DNA from: a virus
Lineage: Duplodnaviria; Caudoviricetes
Strand: one strand, 5' to 3'
Length of the DNA: 61,418 bases
Virus record (IMG/VR): IMGVR_UViG_3300034110_000167
Span: 1-61,418 of that record
Each line of letters starts with the position of its first letter. Position 1 is the first letter of the stretch. The notes under the pieces are model-generated. The model ran no database searches. It saw only the letters and a program-made list of their open reading frames with translations, and was not told where the DNA came from. Made by a program: the position numbers and the translations under genes. This document shows positions 48,557 through 57,575 of the stretch, piece by piece.

Positions 48557-48843
48557 GCTTCATCTTTCTGGTAAGGACGATAGATATACAAGGAACACTG
48601 TTTAGCGGAACAGTTGGTAATGTCACTACGGATATCACCTACACAATTATTACAGAAGTTTTTAATAGCTTGCATAGGTGACGTTTTCTTTTGAGCTTTC
48701 TTCAGTGCTTGTTCTTCAATCCATGCTTCAAGGAACTTACCACCTTTCTTTTCAGCATAGGCTTTTTCTTTACGCCACTGTTCTAAGGCTAATTTACCTT
48801 TAGCCAGAACTTCAGGATTCATTGAGCGTTTCTTTTTAAGCAT
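48553..48843 (-). CDS. Hypothetical protein with a Cys cluster
   Basis: AIKNFCNNC...C...CSLYIYRP. Confidence 0.65.
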   Translation of the reverse strand: MLKKKRSMNPEVLAKGKLALEQWRKEKAYAEKKGGKFLEAWIEEQALKKAQKKTSPMQAIKNFCNNCVGDIRSDITNCSAKQCSLYIYRPYQKDEA

Positions 48844-48986
48844 TGTTTAACTCTTCACAGTGTTTATGGGCTATTTCGTAGAAATTGTATGTGTTGAACA
48901 CATCACCGGTACGTCCATCTACAATTTCATGTAGGTAACCGTCAAAGTAAGCACGTTGTCTTACAAAGTATCGTTGAGGGAAGTCT

Positions 48987-49184
48987 TTAGGTTCCATAGG
49001 TACCCCATTCAGGCATTACAAACTCATATTTAAAGTCTGTTGGTACTGCATATGCATCAAAAGCTTTTTCTTGGGCTTTTATAATCCAATATTTTTTACT
49101 CATTTCTGGAGCTTTAGTTGCATTATACATAAGATGATTTGCATCAGAAAGTAATTCGTTAACTCGCTTTTCATAGTCACTCAT
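48987..49184 (-). CDS. Hypothetical protein
   Basis: AGGAG RBS. Confidence 0.6.
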   Translation of the reverse strand: MSDYEKRVNELLSDANHLMYNATKAPEMSKKYWIIKAQEKAFDAYAVPTDFKYEFVMPEWGTYGT

Positions 49185-49304
49185 ACAACTCCTAAGATCA
49201 TATTAATTCCTTGAACAACCTGCATTTGCTGCATTGGATGTAGTTCATGCCAAGGTTTCCAGTTAGGAAAGTGTGGTTGAAGTTTTAACCAGAATTGTTC
49301 TACG

Positions 49305-49514
49305 TCAGACATCTTTAACTCTTTCATATTGAGCTTCTATTGCCATATTACCTATATCTATAGCACATTGTTCATGAAGGTGGATATGCATACCACTGTT
49401 TAGGTATGACCACCAACTAATCATAGGTGTACCTTTAGGAATAGTCTCTTGACAGGCACGACACATTGCATTACGTTCCGCTAGCCGTGATACTGGTTTG
49501 AAGTTACTTGACAT
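49305..49514 (-). CDS. Small putative zinc-binding protein
   Basis: CRAC...IPKG...HEQC. Confidence 0.6.
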   Translation of the reverse strand: MSSNFKPVSRLAERNAMCRACQETIPKGTPMISWWSYLNSGMHIHLHEQCAIDIGNMAIEAQYERVKDV

Positions 49515-50301
49515 TCACCATGCCTTTAAAGTCCATTGGAACAACAATAGTGTGTACGCGTCCTGCTGCAATACCCTCAGCAATTTTCATTTGAGCTTGT
49601 GCTTGCATGTAAGCAATACTCTGACCTGAGTTGGATGATAATGCAGCCATACGCTCAGATTCTTTCTTGGCAATTTCAACTTCAGTTTGTTTTACTTTAA
49701 GTTCATTTTGTGCTTTGACATATTGAGTAGCAGATGCTAGGATATCAGCATTAGGCAGGATGTTACGTACTTGTACTACAGTTAGTTGGATAGCTGTATC
49801 AAGCTTTTCTGTTTTAAGTTGCTCAGTTACTGTTTGCTGGATTTCAGCCTCAATCTTAGCGCGGTTATCAGCTACTTCAAGTGACTTGTACTGACGAACG
49901 ACTTTATAAGCAGCATTGTTTACCAGAGTGCTCATATAGTTGTGCATCAGGAAGATATCACCTTTGTGTTCAGTATGGAATGAACGACTCTTTGTAGAGT
50001 ATAGTTCAGCAACCGATGTGGAGTTTAAACCATACACAACTGTAATATCGAAGTCAGCTAATGGACTGTTATCAGCAGTCATCGGTGTTTTGTTTTCCAG
50101 AGTTACAGCAATATCTTTTACAGGGAATGTAAGGATAGAACCAACCATAGTTTGGTAGAAACCACCGGGCTGTAGTTCGGTACCCTCAATTTGTTTAGAT
50201 GCATTCATACGAACACCTACTTCACCTGTTTCAATACGGGTACAGGCTTGTAGAGAGATTAATGCAGCAATGATAGCGGTGATTTTGAAGAATTTAGTCA
50301 T
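49504..50301 (-). CDS. SPFH / band-7 domain lipoprotein
   Basis: Lipobox LQAC; IETGEVGV; coiled-coil C-terminus. Confidence 0.85.
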   Translation of the reverse strand: MTKFFKITAIIAALISLQACTRIETGEVGVRMNASKQIEGTELQPGGFYQTMVGSILTFPVKDIAVTLENKTPMTADNSPLADFDITVVYGLNSTSVAELYSTKSRSFHTEHKGDIFLMHNYMSTLVNNAAYKVVRQYKSLEVADNRAKIEAEIQQTVTEQLKTEKLDTAIQLTVVQVRNILPNADILASATQYVKAQNELKVKQTEVEIAKKESERMAALSSNSGQSIAYMQAQAQMKIAEGIAAGRVHTIVVPMDFKGMVNVK

Positions 50302-50322
50302 GTTATGTGTCCTTTGAGTTGA

Positions 50323-50538
50323 TTAAGCGGAAATAAGTTTAGCGATTTTATCGGCAATAGCTTTGGCATTGAATGCTTCTGCTTGTGCGTTCTTTTGTTC
50401 AGCGTTCAGTTGCTGGATTTCAATTTCAATATTGTTGTATCGTTGAGTTTCTTTTTCATTGATAGCCAGCAGATCATCAATAGTCTTTTGAAATGATGCA
50501 ACGACTGAGGCAACTGTTTTGGGTGTATTGAAGAACAT
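50323..50538 (-). CDS. Coiled-coil hypothetical protein
   Basis: ORF with AAGG RBS. Confidence 0.65.
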   Translation of the reverse strand: MFFNTPKTVASVVASFQKTIDDLLAINEKETQRYNNIEIEIQQLNAEQKNAQAEAFNAKAIADKIAKLISA

Positions 50539-50708
50539 TTTTAAACCTTTAAAAGAGAAGTGTAATGGCTGTTAATACTGATACGGATACGAAAGCCGTG
50601 GCTAATACAGCTAACATAATTTTAGCTGTTTTTAAGGTGAAATTATCTTTGAAGAACCAGTAACTACCGGCCACAACAAACATTGTCAGGAAGAATACAA
50701 ATAGCAAT

Positions 50709-51734
50709 TTAATCATTTTTTAATAACCATTTATTAGAGATAGCTTTGAAAGATTTGGATGGATCATTTACATTTTTGAATACAAGTCCTTCACGTTCTG
50801 TTTTAGGGTTTAATAATGATTTGCCTTCTGCAACAGCTAGGAGTTCATTTACTTTGGTATCTTCACTGGTGTGGTAGTTGGCAAAGACAGGTGCATGTTG
50901 GATACCAATAGACTTACACAGAGATAATCTTTGCTCAGTTGAGTAGTATTGTTGTGTGGAAATATCCCAGATATCAAAGCAGAAGAATGTTGGCTCATTC
51001 ATGTTGTAGCTGTTACCTTGAATACCTGGGCCTAACAGTTCACCTTGGATAGCTACATTTAGATTATGAGCAGCTAGTTTAGATAGGATACATTCTTTAT
51101 GAGCTGTTTTTACAAATGCATTATCAAGATCATCAATTTTAAGTTCATAGTTACGACTACATACGCCAAGATGTGTTGAACCGTCTTCTTTGGAGGTACG
51201 GAAGACAGTCATTGAAGAACCATCAAGCTTTTCAGTGATTTCCCATGTTTGTGTACCAAGGCTTTCAAGTGTACGACCGTAGTTTTGGATGCGTTCTTGA
51301 TCAGTTTTTGGGATAAATGAAGGGAAGTTACCAGCCATTTTACCGGCTAATTGTGCTGGAATAGTTTGTTCCCATTTGAGAATATTGTATTCAGTAGTTA
51401 CATCTTCATTAATACCGTAGAACTCTTTATCAGCAGGTGATAGTGGTAATACTAAACCTTGACTAATTTGGCCTTTAAGTCTAATAGTGCGTAGACGTTC
51501 ACCTTTAACACCTTGGTATTCACGAGGTTCTTTACCTTTAGATAGGAATGGGGCTAGTTCTGTGGGAATCCATGAGTCAATTTCAAAGTATACACATAGA
51601 TCACCTACATTGAATTCACCTTTTTTGATAACGACTTCCCAACCATCAATAACAGCTACTTCAATTAAGTCAGCGTCTTTAATAGGCTTTAGTTGTTGGA
51701 TAACACGGATTGTTGCTAGTTTACGATCAGACAT
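50709..51734 (-). CDS. RNA ligase (DRB0094-like family)
   Basis: RKLATIR...ADLIE N-terminal domain; KTDQERIQN, EKLDGSS, QGEL.GPGIQGN, FDI, REGLVFK, FKAISNKWL. Confidence 0.9.
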   Translation of the reverse strand: MSDRKLATIRVIQQLKPIKDADLIEVAVIDGWEVVIKKGEFNVGDLCVYFEIDSWIPTELAPFLSKGKEPREYQGVKGERLRTIRLKGQISQGLVLPLSPADKEFYGINEDVTTEYNILKWEQTIPAQLAGKMAGNFPSFIPKTDQERIQNYGRTLESLGTQTWEITEKLDGSSMTVFRTSKEDGSTHLGVCSRNYELKIDDLDNAFVKTAHKECILSKLAAHNLNVAIQGELLGPGIQGNSYNMNEPTFFCFDIWDISTQQYYSTEQRLSLCKSIGIQHAPVFANYHTSEDTKVNELLAVAEGKSLLNPKTEREGLVFKNVNDPSKSFKAISNKWLLKND

Positions 51735-51996
51735 TTACAGATTCCCAACTGGTTACTTCAATAACTTTCTTTACAGGCTTTACTTCACGGATTTCAGAAT
51801 CACCGTATTCATAGTCAGACCAGTAAGATCCACTACGATTTTGCATGATTTCATAGTATTTATTGTTATATTCAATGATGTCGGTTTTGAATTGGTGTTT
51901 ATGTTCATTAATCCAGTCACCTTCTTCAATTACTTTACACTCTAGTTCATCACTATCGTATTGGTCTAGGATTTGTTTTAAGCTTAATTCAGACAT
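51727..51996 (-). CDS. Acidic hypothetical protein
   Basis: RSGSYWSDYEY...EVKPVKK. Confidence 0.7.
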   Translation of the reverse strand: MSELSLKQILDQYDSDELECKVIEEGDWINEHKHQFKTDIIEYNNKYYEIMQNRSGSYWSDYEYGDSEIREVKPVKKVIEVTSWESVNV

Positions 51997-52246
51997 GGAT
52001 AATTCCTACAACTTGTTTAATGGTTTTGATACTATCACGAATGGCTTTTAGTTTACGCTTGGTTTGACGAGCTAATTCTTTATGCTGGTTTAGTGATGCA
52101 AATAGTACTTCAGTGTATGGATTGTTCTTTTGAAGTGGATCACAGAGTTCCCACAGATAAGCAATTTCTGCTTTGTGGAATAGGAGGTTTTCTTCTTGTA
52201 CATGAAGTTCTGCACGGAGAATATTGAGTACAATTTGCTTGTTCAT
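51989..52246 (-). CDS. Hypothetical protein
   Basis: Operon ORF. Confidence 0.6.
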   Translation of the reverse strand: MNKQIVLNILRAELHVQEENLLFHKAEIAYLWELCDPLQKNNPYTEVLFASLNQHKELARQTKRKLKAIRDSIKTIKQVVGIIHV

Positions 52247-52257
52247 ATAGTCTTTCG

Positions 52258-52302
52258 AAATAAAAAGCCCTATAACAGACCTTTTCAGGACCGTTATGGG
52301 CT
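52258..52302 (-). terminator. Rho-independent terminator after the SSB gene
   Basis: Minus strand GCCCATAACGG...CTGTTATAGGGC-TTTTTATTT. Confidence 0.75.
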
Positions 52303-52327
52303 ATATTTATAGAGGGTAATTATCTAT

Positions 52328-52846
52328 TCAGAAATCGTCATTTTTAGACGGTGCTGCGTTAGTTTCATTACCACCTTCATCGTCAAAATCAACGAAGTTA
52401 TCAGACTTACGCTCGTATTTGACGAGGTTTGTTACTTGTACTTTGGTTAGCATTGTGGAAGTACCTGACTTGGTAACTTTACCGTTAGGTGCTTTGATTT
52501 CGTAAGGACGCTGGAATACAATAATGTTACCTGTAGAGCCGTTACCAATTAACTTGCTGTCAAATGGTTGCTTATTGGCATCTACTACACCTACTTTAGC
52601 TGCTTCTGTACCGTCTGCCTTTAAAGCTTTCTTTTTGAGAGCTACTGCTACGGTACCTTTATCAAAACCTTCTTTGACTTTACCAAATGATGAGATTTCA
52701 GACTCACGCTTTTTAGGCACTTGAACAGTCAGTTCCCATTGCAATGTGCCAAATGGATCGACTGGCTTGTCTAGCTTAGCCCAATAGAGTTGTACATCGC
52801 GTACAATAGTGTTGAAGCCTTCGGTTTGGTTTGTGTTAGTAGTCAT
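52328..52846 (-). CDS. Single-stranded DNA-binding protein (T7 gp2.5-like; start MTTNTN)
   Basis: WAKL, IGNGS, VQVTNLVKY; acidic tail ending in Phe; AAGGA RBS. Confidence 0.82.
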   Translation of the reverse strand: MTTNTNQTEGFNTIVRDVQLYWAKLDKPVDPFGTLQWELTVQVPKKRESEISSFGKVKEGFDKGTVAVALKKKALKADGTEAAKVGVVDANKQPFDSKLIGNGSTGNIIVFQRPYEIKAPNGKVTKSGTSTMLTKVQVTNLVKYERKSDNFVDFDDEGGNETNAAPSKNDDF

Positions 52847-52929
52847 GGTTTTATTTCCTTTTGGATTTGTGAATTGTGTGATTAAATTTTCTTTGAATGA
52901 ATAGTCGTTTTTGTATTCGATATATTCAC

Positions 52930-53259
52930 TCATTTGTTAGTAGCAATATATAGTGCAATACGGGTAGCAACAGGTAGCTCAGTACGGCGGTAAGATTCTT
53001 CTTCGTTAGTTTGTAGTTGTACACCTAAGGCAGTTAGCAGGGTGTTAGCTTGGGAAACTTCAGATGTTACTTTATCACGACTCTCAGAAGCCCATTTATA
53101 GTTGGACTTTTGTGTTTCAACTTCTTTGTTCAGGTTTTTAACTTCTTCTTTGAGACTTTTGTTTTGTTCATAGATAGCTTTAACTTCTTTATCAGATAGT
53201 GTAATGGCAATAATTTCAAGATCAGTGCCTGTAACTTCGATTTGGATAGAGTTTGACAT
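52930..53259 (-). CDS. Coiled-coil hypothetical protein
   Basis: ORF track. Confidence 0.6.
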   Translation of the reverse strand: MSNSIQIEVTGTDLEIIAITLSDKEVKAIYEQNKSLKEEVKNLNKEVETQKSNYKWASESRDKVTSEVSQANTLLTALGVQLQTNEEESYRRTELPVATRIALYIATNK

Positions 53260-53276
53260 GAGCTGGTACCTATTAG
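53260..53276 (+). promoter_or_regulatory. Putative phage RNAP promoter for the isolated + strand gene
   Basis: GAGCTGGTACCTATTAG. Confidence 0.65.
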
Positions 53277-53299
53277 GTAAAGTTTATTAAAGGAACGAA

Positions 53300-53698
53300 A
53301 TGAAGAAAAATTATGTTAGAGTAGCACACCCTAACTCTTTGGCTAACCTGAAGGTTATTACTAACAAAGACATGGCCAGAGAATATCAAGCTAAGTCTGT
53401 TGATAGTCGTAAGCGTAACGCTGAAGCAATTAAAGCCCTTACTGAGGAATTTAATTGCAGTGCAGAGGTTGTCAAGAAAGTGTTAGCTTCTGTTGATATT
53501 AAAGCCTTAGATGTTATTAAAATGAGTATGATGGATGCTTTATCAAAGCAGAACTATGAAGATGCCAGTAGGTATGCATCACAATTAGCTGAGTACGAAG
53601 CACCTAAGCTATCTCGTTTGGAACAGACAAATGTATCTAAAGTAGAAGATTTGACTGATGAAGAACTTAAAGAAATTCTTAAAAGAGAAGGTATGTAA
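53300..53698 (+). CDS. Putative terminase small subunit
   Basis: HPNSLANLK, LAEYEAPKLSR and EDLTDEEL are TerS-like; no TerS adjacent to terL; has its own promoter, RBS and terminator. Confidence 0.6.
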   Translation: MKKNYVRVAHPNSLANLKVITNKDMAREYQAKSVDSRKRNAEAIKALTEEFNCSAEVVKKVLASVDIKALDVIKMSMMDALSKQNYEDASRYASQLAEYEAPKLSRLEQTNVSKVEDLTDEELKEILKREGM

Positions 53699-53707
53699 TT
53701 ATAAATT

Positions 53708-53736
53708 GACCACATTAATTTGTGGTCTTTTTATTT
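53708..53736 (+). terminator. Rho-independent terminator
   Basis: GACCACA-TTAATT-TGTGGTC-TTTTTATTT. Confidence 0.8.
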
Positions 53737-53772
53737 ATGGTACATGCTGTCTCATTCTGTTCTTTGTATTCT

Positions 53773-53789
53773 CTATTAGGTACCGGCTA
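53773..53789 (-). promoter_or_regulatory. Putative phage RNAP promoter (consensus copy)
   Basis: TAGCCGGTACCTAATAG. Confidence 0.78.
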
Positions 53790-53973
53790 GCTCTAGCTGC
53801 TGTTTGTTGAGGTATTCTGAGGGTAGTCTGCCTAGGTATTGTACATAGTCTTCCTTTGTCACAGAGAACATTTCGCCTGATACAGGATCATAGAACAATC
53901 CATCAGGTGTATTCCAGTTACAACGCAGAGACCATACAAAAGGGCGTTTATGTGGTTGTAGTGTGTAGGTCAT
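53776..53973 (-). CDS. Hypothetical protein
   Basis: ORF ends inside the promoter motif (LAGT-stop). Confidence 0.55.
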   Translation of the reverse strand: MTYTLQPHKRPFVWSLRCNWNTPDGLFYDPVSGEMFSVTKEDYVQYLGRLPSEYLNKQQLELAGT

Positions 53974-54138
53974 TTCAGTCAGTTACATATTTGATAATTG
54001 TAGCAGCAGACCATGTAATTCCAGCAGCTATTCCGAAACCAATACCTAGGCCTGGAATAGTAACTAGCATGAGAAGGTACACGGCTGTTAGTATAGCTAT
54101 GGCTATTTTAACGCTCAATGGGAGTTCTTTAAGGAATT

Positions 54139-54408
54139 TCATACAATCTCTAATGTTTGTTTGATACTTTTTAGTTCAGACTTTTTGAAAGTAAGTACTC
54201 GGATTCGTTCGATAGGGTATCCTTCCCAATCATAATTCACTACATTTACAATATCTTGTACTGTTGCTTTTTCTTTGTCAACAACAAAATAACATTCAGT
54301 ATCAAGCTGACCATCATCAGTACCAAATACTAGGTATGATACACTTTCTTTATCGGTGTCTGGTTTATTGCTGTTTGACACACGGGACACGGTTTTGCTA
54401 GTAGCCAT
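54139..54408 (-). CDS. Hypothetical protein
   Basis: ORF track. Confidence 0.55.
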   Translation of the reverse strand: MATSKTVSRVSNSNKPDTDKESVSYLVFGTDDGQLDTECYFVVDKEKATVQDIVNVVNYDWEGYPIERIRVLTFKKSELKSIKQTLEIV

Positions 54409-54638
54409 TTTGAGGATTTTCCTTGACGAAAGATGTGAATGGAATGTGCTTTGGATATATCTTTACACTTGATGATAGCGTCTATCTCGGCATGAAGATA
54501 TATCTTTTCTGGATGACCAGCTTTGTGAGCACATAGAGCTTGGTAAGGATGTGTCTTTACATAGTTGTTTTGACCTATGCTGAGAATGTTACCTTTCTTG
54601 TCTTTAATAAAGGCAGTAATGCTTTGTTCTGAAGACAT
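54330..54638 (-). CDS. Second CDA-fold deaminase
   Basis: SIGQN...KTHP...HAEIDAI...AKPCPVC. Confidence 0.8.
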   Translation of the reverse strand: MSSEQSITAFIKDKKGNILSIGQNNYVKTHPYQALCAHKAGHPEKIYLHAEIDAIIKCKDISKAHSIHIFRQGKSSKWLLAKPCPVCQTAINQTPIKKVYHT

Positions 54639-54979
54639 ATTGTTCCATCAGCGTTTAGAGTACCTACAATTTTTGCTTTCCTACGATCAAATATACATTG
54701 AGTACTTCCTTTTACAATTAAGTCTTTGGGTACAGCTAGTACCCTTATTTTGAAGTTCTTTGGATGATACTTAAAGTCTTTTTTACACCACCATTTGAAG
54801 ATATCTGTTTTACGAGTACAACCACACCACCATTCACTTAAGGCACCTGTGTTTATATTATCTACTCTTGGTACAGGTAAGCTATACCAATGTGAATCAG
54901 GTACTTTTGAAGGTCTACCATTAAGAGGTTTCTTAGTACACTCACCACGATACACTATTGTATAGTCTTTAAGGTTCAT
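54575..54979 (-). CDS. Hypothetical protein
   Basis: AAGGA RBS; IVYRGE N-terminus. Confidence 0.65.
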   Translation of the reverse strand: MNLKDYTIVYRGECTKKPLNGRPSKVPDSHWYSLPVPRVDNINTGALSEWWCGCTRKTDIFKWWCKKDFKYHPKNFKIRVLAVPKDLIVKGSTQCIFDRRKAKIVGTLNADGTICLQNKALLPLLKTRKVTFSA

Positions 54980-55252
54980 CTTTGGTCCTTAGAACAGAAG
55001 GTATAAACTTCTTTACACCTAAGAGTTTACCATGAAGAAAGGTCTTTTGGATACCTGTATTTGGATCATACACTACTCTCATTTCAGACTTAACCTTAGC
55101 TTTAACTCTTTTGATAAGGTCAAAGTAGATGTCATTGGCATTAGTCATGGTTGATTTCTTGGTTTAAAGGAAAAGAATAGATACATTAACTAAATACCTT
55201 TATTAAAGTACTTATATTAATATATCTATAGAATATTTACCGGACTGGTTTT

Positions 55253-55269
55253 CTATTAGGTACCGGCTA
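55253..55269 (-). promoter_or_regulatory. Putative phage RNAP promoter (consensus copy)
   Basis: TAGCCGGTACCTAATAG. Confidence 0.78.
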
Positions 55270-55519
55270 ACTTTTGATTACGATTGAAGTCAGAGGCAGC
55301 AAAGTAGATTTCTGCCAGTAGGTGTGAACATTCGTTATTATTTTCTTTGGAGTTATGTGGTCCATTACATTTGTCTAGTAGTCCTACTCTAGTTATATGA
55401 GAGGTACCACCTAATGCCAACAGTGCTTTCAGTTCTTCGGGTGTGAATGTCAGAGTCAAAACAGGTTGGTCTTCGTAGACAGTTTTAACTACTTGTAAGG
55501 TTTGAGTTGAGGATTTCAT
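55256..55519 (-). CDS. Early protein, member of a paralogous family
   Basis: LTLTFTPEELKAL. Confidence 0.65.
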   Translation of the reverse strand: MKSSTQTLQVVKTVYEDQPVLTLTFTPEELKALLALGGTSHITRVGLLDKCNGPHNSKENNNECSHLLAEIYFAASDFNRNQKLAGT

Positions 55520-55722
55520 GATTTAATAGCAATATAGAGTTTGTTGAGGAATGATTGTAGGAGACTAAACGAATGTTTGTCATCTAGGTATAGTATTACG
55601 GGTACAGCCCATTGTTTCTCAGAGAGCGTCTTTAGGGTATTATGTTCTTCTTGGGTGTCTATGTAGATTGTGAGTGAGTATGGTTCGAAGGGTTTTGGGT
55701 GGGTGTTTTTGGTTATTTGCAT
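55516..55722 (-). CDS. Early protein, member of a paralogous family
   Basis: LTIYIDTQEEHNTL. Confidence 0.65.
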   Translation of the reverse strand: MQITKNTHPKPFEPYSLTIYIDTQEEHNTLKTLSEKQWAVPVILYLDDKHSFSLLQSFLNKLYIAIKS

Positions 55723-55724
55723 TA

Positions 55725-55967
55725 TCAGCTTTCTGTAAAAGTGATTGTCAGAGTACCGGCTTCTTTAATAACAGTGTATTCTTCATTGAAGAAGTTTCGA
55801 CTGGAGTAACTGACATGACCAGTTTTATCTATGTAAGTAACGCCGTATGGGGAAGGTAGTGCATAGTAGGTATATTCACTGGAGTTTTTTACATGGTACC
55901 ATTGGAAGGAACAGTTTTTTGTAGTGAGTATTTGCCTGGATTTGGTTTCTGTTACAGTGGCTTTCAT
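55725..55967 (-). CDS. Early hypothetical protein
   Basis: Tightly packed ORF. Confidence 0.6.
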   Translation of the reverse strand: MKATVTETKSRQILTTKNCSFQWYHVKNSSEYTYYALPSPYGVTYIDKTGHVSYSSRNFFNEEYTVIKEAGTLTITFTES

Positions 55968-55968
55968 T

Positions 55969-56169
55969 TTATAATGTTCTCATTGAGTTGTGGATTTCAC
56001 CTAAGATATCGCTTAGTATCTTTTTCATTTTATAGTCGTCTGGGTATACTATATCGGGTATTGTTTCGTCATAAGTCATAGCCCATTGAAGGGCTTTGTA
56101 TTCTTCTAAACTTTCGAAGTTTACGGTTAGTGTCGCTGAGAATGGTGCTTGGGAGACAGAGGATTTCAT
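55969..56169 (-). CDS. Early protein, member of a paralogous family
   Basis: LTVNFESLEEYKAL; AAGGA RBS. Confidence 0.65.
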   Translation of the reverse strand: MKSSVSQAPFSATLTVNFESLEEYKALQWAMTYDETIPDIVYPDDYKMKKILSDILGEIHNSMRTL

Positions 56170-56311
56170 TATAACATTTCCTTATTGATTGATGTTCATT
56201 GATAAGCTTTTGATACCCACACAAAATCTCACCCAAAAGTATACCTTTCCCAACGATCTCGCTAGAATAGTCATCGAAGTACACTTTGGGCGTCTTTTGT
56301 GGGTATGTTAC

Positions 56312-56524
56312 TTAACAATTTTCTGCCAGAGCCTCCTGTTCTTGCATGTATTGTTCGTAGGATATAGCAAAAGCCTTGAACTTGGTAAGTTCTTTAAGGG
56401 CTTTTGTTACTTCTTCCTGTTGTTCTACCGACTGAGGGTCTGATCCTAGTACGTTTACCAGAAAAACCAGTTCTTCAGGTGAGCATGTGATAATAAACTC
56501 ATCACGGTGTTTAGTTAGTTGCAT
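56312..56524 (-). CDS. Early protein, possible paralogous family member
   Basis: FIITCSPEELVFL; GGAG RBS. Confidence 0.65.
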   Translation of the reverse strand: MQLTKHRDEFIITCSPEELVFLVNVLGSDPQSVEQQEEVTKALKELTKFKAFAISYEQYMQEQEALAENC

Positions 56525-56874
56525 TATTTTTCTCCAAGAATAGTGATTGAAGTAAGTTTTCCGTCAGTGAACGTCCATTCAAGCATTTCCTCTCTTGTTG
56601 CTGGTTCATCATACCATACTTGTGGTGTCATGTTGTTGAGATCTTGTTTGGTTCGTACGTATTTTTCAATACGATCAAAGAAAGTGTACTGTTTGACAAT
56701 TACTGGTTGTGGTTTGATGCGGTATTCAAGGCAATTAAACCAATGAGGGTTTTTTATTGATTCCCAAGTATCGTAGCCGTCACTACGTACTTCAATCTTT
56801 GCACCATCAGCCCATGCTTTGATACATTCTGCGTGTTTATGTGGTACTGAACGTAGCGAAGTGTTTGTGTTCAT
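56524..56874 (-). CDS. Conserved phage early protein
   Basis: PHKHAECIKAWADGAKIE...W...P.W...EYRIKP. Confidence 0.75.
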   Translation of the reverse strand: MNTNTSLRSVPHKHAECIKAWADGAKIEVRSDGYDTWESIKNPHWFNCLEYRIKPQPVIVKQYTFFDRIEKYVRTKQDLNNMTPQVWYDEPATREEMLEWTFTDGKLTSITILGEK

Positions 56875-56883
56875 GTTAGTTCC

Positions 56884-57132
56884 TTAAATAGTTTGTGCTT
56901 GATCATACACAGCGGTGTACTCAATGACAATACCCGGTAATTCTACCTGAGCAGTCATGTTGGTCATTGTTTTTTGGGTATTTGCTATTGCAAACATTAC
57001 TGTGTTACCTAGTGGATCAATGCTGGTGAGCGTTGAACAGCTGAACTCTTCAAGAGCCTCTGTGATTTCATCGTAGGTGTTCATCCCGAACATTGATGGG
57101 ATAAGAGGTGTGAGTAATAAGAAGCGTGTCAT
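56884..57132 (-). CDS. Early hypothetical protein
   Basis: AAGGAG RBS. Confidence 0.7.
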   Translation of the reverse strand: MTRFLLLTPLIPSMFGMNTYDEITEALEEFSCSTLTSIDPLGNTVMFAIANTQKTMTNMTAQVELPGIVIEYTAVYDQAQTI

Positions 57133-57245
57133 AGTATTCTCCTTGAGTTATGACGGTTAAAGAGCAGAGTCTGCGACCCTGTAGTAGTACCGGATAGCAC
57201 TACCCATAGGACACTACAAGAATGTCCTACAGGTACTGTTATATA

Positions 57246-57575
57246 TTAGACAGCATCAACAATGTTATAGAACCATACGTTAGGATCGTTGCCACCAGCA
57301 GCAACAAAGCTGATCTTAGTCTGTGCATCATACACTTTCTGAAGACGCTTTGTCAAAGCCTGAACTAATTTCTCATCGTTGAGACGATCAATACGGCACT
57401 GACGCTTACGGTTATCAGAACCGGTAGCTTCAATAGAACGAGTTGTCTCATTGAATGTCAATTCAGCAATGGTCACAGGAAGGCTCTTACGATCTTCACC
57501 AAAGGGATTGTTGGTTGAGAAGGCAACATTGGCCTTAGCAGCGACTTTGAAGGAAGGAGTGAAAGCTTTAGTCAT
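57246..57575 (-). CDS. Early hypothetical protein with codon bias suggesting high expression
   Basis: AAGGA RBS; flanked by two homologous hairpins. Confidence 0.75.
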   Translation of the reverse strand: MTKAFTPSFKVAAKANVAFSTNNPFGEDRKSLPVTIAELTFNETTRSIEATGSDNRKRQCRIDRLNDEKLVQALTKRLQKVYDAQTKISFVAAGGNDPNVWFYNIVDAV

